64,000 bases of DNA from NCBI RefSeq assembly GCF_018977255.1, contig NW_024704743.1, positions 15,688,001-15,752,000 of the forward strand, in the 5' to 3' direction. Of the stretch, positions 59,000-64,000 are shown piece by piece. Every line of letters begins with the position of its first letter. The stretch's first letter is position 1. The notes below the pieces were generated by a model. That model did not search any database and was not told the origin of the DNA. It saw only the letters and a program-made list of their open reading frames with translations. Position numbers and translations under genes: made by a program. The DNA is from Callorhinchus milii. Taxonomy: Eukaryota.

Positions 59000-59265
59000 A
59001 TACTGCACTGACAGAGGTGCTGTCCTTCAAGTCAGACATTAAACTGAGGTCCCGTCTGCTTGTTCTGCAGGTGGACATTAAAGATCCTACAGCACTATTC
59101 AAAAAGAAAAAAAGAGACTCTCCTGGTGTCCTGGCCAACAATCACCAATAAAAATTGGTCAATCACCTCACGGCTATTTGATAATAATAATAATAATCCT
59201 TGCATTTGACATTGTGCTTTTCACGTCTTTGAGACGCTTCACAGAATATACTGTAAAGTGAATTG
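59000..59265. mobile_element. Deu SINE (+, 59000-59178) abutting an inverted SINE tail (-, 59180-59265)
   Basis: Deu core followed directly by (AAT)n CCTTGCATTTG. Confidence 0.8.
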
Positions 59266-59798
59266 GCAACCAAGATGCAAACTCTTATCTTATCTGCAAA
59301 CTCATTGATCATTGCAAAAAGCTGATTCTTTATTGAGTTCCACCTGGCAGGCTCTGTATTCATATTGTCAGTAATTACACCACTAAGCAGAGGATTGCAG
59401 TGATGGTAATTTTGGAGGGATTATAGTGGTTATGATTTTTATATGGGTTCAGGATTGTGGCAAACATTTACTGCTTGTGAACTCAGACTACTGTACTAAT
59501 TTAAACAGTTATAAATTAATTGATCCCATTTTCGTCAGGGAGTAAGCTAATATTTTAAAGTCTGCATCTACCTTTAATGCTGTTGAGTCATAAGTAGCCA
59601 GTTTTTTTTATCATCATTGATAGACTTAATTCCATGCCTCTTAGTTTTTATTCCTATCCCCCTTTTGATTTTGATTTTCTCTCATTTCTTTCTGATGACA
59701 CTGATTCCTGCTATAATGTGACTCTGCCATGCTCCAGGTTCCTTATACATTATGACCGTTCTTCACGTCCAAGCCCAGACAAAAGGAGCATTAATCAA

Positions 59799-59957
59799 AG
59801 AATCATAGAATCATGCAGAACAGATGGAGGCCATTCAGCCCATCGTGCCTGTGCCAGATCTTTGAAAGAGCTACCAATTAGTCCCACTCTCCTGTTCTTA
59901 CTTTATAGCCCTGCAAATTTTTCCTTTTCAAGTACTTGTCCAATTCCCTTTTCAAAT
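59799..59957 (-). mobile_element. CR1 3' end
   Basis: AGAATCATAGAATC tail; GGAGGCCATTCAGCCCATCG; same family as 11863-12267. Confidence 0.88.
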
Positions 59958-60084
59958 TATTATAGTACCTTATCACATTGAAAGTCCTCAAGCTGCTTTA
60001 CAGTAATTGCTACAGTCAGACCCCATTAAAATGTGGTGGTTTGAGTCCTTTAAACACCAGACCTCACATTATAACATATATAAT

Positions 60085-60295
60085 ATAATAATAATATATA
60101 TAATCCTTGCATTTGATTTAGCGCTTTTCACGTCTTCTCAATATCTCAAAGCGCTTCACAGAATAGACTGTAAAGTGAATTGACCGTATATTTGTGGGCG
60201 AAACGCGGCAGCCAATTGCGCACAGCAGTGTCCCACAAACAGTCGTGGATTGAAAATAACCAATTTATTTATTTTTTTGTTTTTGGAGGGATTAT
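60085..60295 (-). mobile_element. SINE family A, 3' half, well preserved
   Basis: Retains CpGs (GGGCGAAACGCGGCAGCCAATTGCGCACAGC). Confidence 0.9.
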
Positions 60296-60575
60296 ACATT
60301 ATACACATTGTACATCGAAAGGGCGGCCCCGCCAACAATGTAATGCTCTCCCTCTGCTAGACTGCAGTGTCATTGTTGGAGAGCTCCTTGACCATGTGTG
60401 GGGATATCACAGCTAATCCCATGTTTACATGTTGTATACATATATAAGGCTTCTGTCAGTTAGGAGAGAGAGAGACCTGACAGCTCAGCTCATATTAGGA
60501 TCATATTAGACACTGATGCCATTTATAGTCCTGTCTCCCCCACTCCCCACTCCACACCCACTATTGCAAACTGAA

Positions 60576-62452
60576 AACAATAAAAATATTACATTTGTAT
60601 AGTGCCTTTCACGTCAGAAGGATATCCCAAGGCGCTGGGCAGTCAGTATTTCGAGCCCGAGCTGAGGGTCAGTATTGGGGAGGGCAGAGGGCAAGTGGGG
60701 GAAGGAGGGTGATCAACAGCACAGTCGAAGAGGAGGGTCTTGAGATGGATCTTGAAGGAGGCAAGAGAGGGGGCGAGGTGGAGTGACTGCGGGATGGAGT
60801 TCCAGAGGGTGGGGGCAGAATGGCTGAATGGTGGGGTGTGCGAGCTGGGGTATGTGAAGCAGGCCGGAGTGGGCTGAGCGGAGGGAGCGAGCAGGATGGT
60901 AGACGGTTAGGAGGTTGCAGAGGTAGGGGGGAGCGAGGCCATGGGGGGCTTTGAAGGTGAGGACCAGGATCTTGAACTGTACCCTCTGTCTGATGGGAAG
61001 CCAGTGAAGTTGGGCGAGGATGGGGGTGATAGGGTCATGGAGCCTAGTGCGGGAGAGAACATGGGCTGCAGAGTTCTGGATGATCTGCAGCCTATGGAGG
61101 GAGGAGTCGGGGAGGCCAACAAGCAGGGAATTTACATAGTCAAGCCTGGATGCTATGAATGTGTGCATGATGGTCCAGCAACCTGCTGTGTTAGACAGTG
61201 GTGGAGCCGGGTGATGTTGCGGAGGTGGGGGAAGGCAGAGAGGGTCATAGTACAGATGTGGAAAAGAAAAGATAGTTGAGGATCAAACAAGATGCCAAGG
61301 TTCTGGACTGACTTAGTAAGGTGGATGGTGATGCTGTCAGTGCCCAAGGTGTGGAGGCGCTGATGGGAGCCAATCAGGAGAGCCTCGGTCTTGTTGACGT
61401 TCAACTGAAAAAAGTTAGCTCTTATCCAGGACTTGATGTCTGACAGGCATTCTGTCAGGACAGCGGTGGTCATGGAGTCAAGGGTGTAGGCAGAGAGATA
61501 GAGTTGGGTATCATCCGCATATATGTGGAACTTGACCCCATGTCTGCAGATGATGTCACCATGAGGGAGCATATGCATATTAAAGAGGAGGGGACCTGAG
61601 GAATGCCGCATGAGACGGTGCAGGGGCTAGAGGAGAAAGAATTTGTGGAAATGAAGTGGAGGTGGTTTGAGAGGTACGATCTGAAGCATTCAACTACAGA
61701 ACCATGAAGATTGAGGTGAGAGGAGAGGTGCTGGATGAGGATAGAGTGGTTAACAGTGTCGAAGGCAGCAGAGAGGTCAAGGAAGATGAGGAGGCAAAGG
61801 GAGCTCCTGGTCACATATGGACAGAATGTAATTTGTTCATTTTGACCAGGGCTGTTTCTGTGCTGTGGGTGACACAGAAACCCGATTGGAGAGGTTCGTG
61901 AAGGGAATGGTGGGAGAGGAAGGAGAAAAGCTGGGAAGCAACGACTCATTGCAAGACCTTTCAGAGGAAAGGGAGGTTGGAGATGGGGTGGTAGTTTGGG
62001 AGCAGGAATGGGTCCAGGGAGGGTTTTTTAAGGAGTGATGACAGTAAAGATTGGGGACGGTACCAGTGGACAGGGAGAGGTTTATGATGTCTGTGAGTAG
62101 AGGGGCAGGGAGGTGGAGCTGGGAGTAAGGAGAGGGGTAGGGATGGGGTCGAGGGAGCAGGATGTCGGTTTCATTCGGGTTATAGTGGTGAAGAGAGAGA
62201 CAGGTCCGATGGTGTGGAGGGAGGGATGGGTAGGGGCCGGGGTGAGAGGGGGAGATGGGGAGGGGGTAGTAGATGGAAAGGCAGTAGCAGCTGAGCGGAT
62301 CCCCTCGACTTTGGTTTCAAGGAAGTTCAGCATTGCCTCGGAATTGGAATTGGAGGTGAGGATGGGCGAGATGTGAGAGGGTGGGCGGAGGAGCTAGTTG
62401 GTGATAGAGAAGAGGAGCCAGGGATTGTCCTTCGCCTCCAATATTGTCTTGG
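60576..62452 (-). mobile_element. L2 LINE, 5'-truncated and frameshifted
   Basis: Minus-strand ORF pieces: KPTSCSLDPIPT, LDLSAAFDTVNH, HIYADDTQLY, QLNVNKTE, LHWLPIRQRVQFKIL; tail at ~60576. Confidence 0.95.
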
Positions 62453-62484
62453 AGACCACTCACACAGGGAAATGGACTTCATAT

Positions 62485-62820
62485 AAATAATAATCCTTGC
62501 ATTTGATACAGCAACTTTAACATCAAGAGGAGCTTTCAAAGAGCTTCAGTTTAAAGTGTTGTAACTGCATTTCGTAAGTGAACGTGGCAGCCAATTGATG
62601 CACAGCAATGTCCCATAAACAGCTATGAAGTGAATGATCAATTTTATCTGGGGAATTGTTGGCCAGGATACCGTGAGAAACTTCCTTCTCTTTTCGAATA
62701 ATCCCATTGGACTTTTAACATCCACCTGAAAAGGCAGACAGGACCTCAGTTTAACATCTCATCCAAAGACCAGCATTTCCAACAGTGCAGCCCTGGATTG
62801 TCAGCCTAGACAGGCTCAGT
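62485..62820 (-). mobile_element. Deu-domain SINE family B
   Basis: Tail plus TTTAACATCCACCTGAA..GACAGGACCTCAGTTTAACATCTCATCC. Confidence 0.85.
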
Positions 62821-63634
62821 TTCACTATAGGCAGCTACTTTATCAGCTGAGACTTCAAGGGAACCGTTTCTTTTAACTTTATTAAAAATATTGCAACGTG
62901 AAACAAATCTTCAAACTTTACAGTTGTCTTAATGATTCATTGTGAAGCAAAGCAAATGATATTTGCTGATACTGCAGTGAAGCCAAGTGTACACTTATCA
63001 ATATTACATTACGGTGCACTGGGAGAGGTTTACAATGCCAACTTTTTTTTCCCAGCAGCAAATAAATTTATGTTTCAAATAGTAAAAGCCAAGGCACCTT
63101 CTACAGGAATATATCAACGAAATTAGGATCCAGAGGAACAAAAAGTACCAGACATGATGGAAATCTCCGGGAACAATGTGAGTGTTTCCAGAAACAGTAT
63201 GAGTTGCACAGTGGAATAAGGGTAAAGAGGCAGTGTGATGTACGCTTCATTCTGTAGTGAAATGTTAATGGACGACCAGCAAAGAGGGGAGAATGTACCA
63301 GATAACAAAGGGATAAAAAGAAACCAGTTAAACAAACAGAGAAATGCTTTCAGATAAGTAAATGAATAATTCCTGTTTCAAAGCAGTTGGTAGTTAGCAT
63401 CAAGAGGTCACTTCTTAGAATCCACATCAATTGTGCATATTCCGCAACCTTTATATTTATTTAAATTCAGTGAAACAAGGAAGAAGTTAAGCTCCCAGCT
63501 CTATAAACATGTACAAAAATTAAACTTAAAACAAGAACTGAAGGAATTTTAACCACGGCACTTTTTCTAATGTGGAGGGTTATCATTCATGATGTGTAAA
63601 CTGCTGGAGTCTAATGTATTGGCCTTTTTTCCAT

Positions 63635-63786
63635 TTTCCTCCTTGACTGCCTTCGGCTACTCTCCTACCCTTACCCTCCCTGCCCTCCATCCCTCTTGAT
63701 CCCAACTACCAGCTCAGGACGTCCTCCCGACGTGAAAGGTGCTGTACAAATGTCATTTGTTGGTGGTGGTGGTGGTGGTAGTGGTG
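63635..63786 (+). mobile_element. L2 3' tip with its tail expanded to (TGG)n
   Basis: GGACGTCCTCCCGACGTGAAAGGTGCTGTACAAATGTCATTTGTTGGTGGTGG. Confidence 0.8.
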
Positions 63787-64000
63787 TTTTCTAATATGAT
63801 TCCTTCTCAAGGAATCCAGGTCAAAAATGGGGTAATCTGGTAATCAGAAAAAAATCATGCAGATCCACAGCATCTTTGCTCCTACACAGTCTACTTCCGG
63901 AGCCGAGTTTCAGCAGTTCAAAGTGACGTACAAAGTTATCTGAAGGAGTTGTCTTTGTGGGAAAAATAACTGTTTGGAAATCACTGTGTTCGAGGATCCC

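Overview
This is vertebrate genomic DNA, most likely from a cartilaginous fish. The SINE content suggests a holocephalan/chimaera, which is an inference from recalled repeat families. The window holds one protein-coding gene: inhibin/activin beta A (INHBA-type), on the + strand, with two coding exons (33475-33859 and 35200-35975) encoding 386 aa. The protein has a signal peptide, an RIRKR furin site and a 116-aa mature TGF-beta-family domain with 9 cysteines. The gene lies in a CpG-rich, microsatellite-rich, transposon-poor zone (~28.5-38.6 kb) and probably has a long 3' UTR to about 40.3 kb. The flanks are dense with decayed non-LTR retroelements: L2 and CR1 LINE fragments, two tRNA-derived SINE families sharing the L2 3' stem-loop tail, and several older SINE-like families. 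Nearly all other ORFs in the track are repeat-derived or low-complexity artefacts. I found no convincing new protein-coding system. The best leads are non-coding: a 33-bp-stem hairpin and an LF-SINE-like relic upstream of INHBA, an unclassified ~500-bp repeat family in five copies, nested retroinsertions with readable target-site duplications (TSDs), a putatively deeply conserved 3' UTR block with miRNA seed sites, a duplicated 46-bp AU-rich UTR element, and beta-B-like residues in the mature beta-A chain. Repeat boundaries are approximate and family names come from recall, not from a database search.
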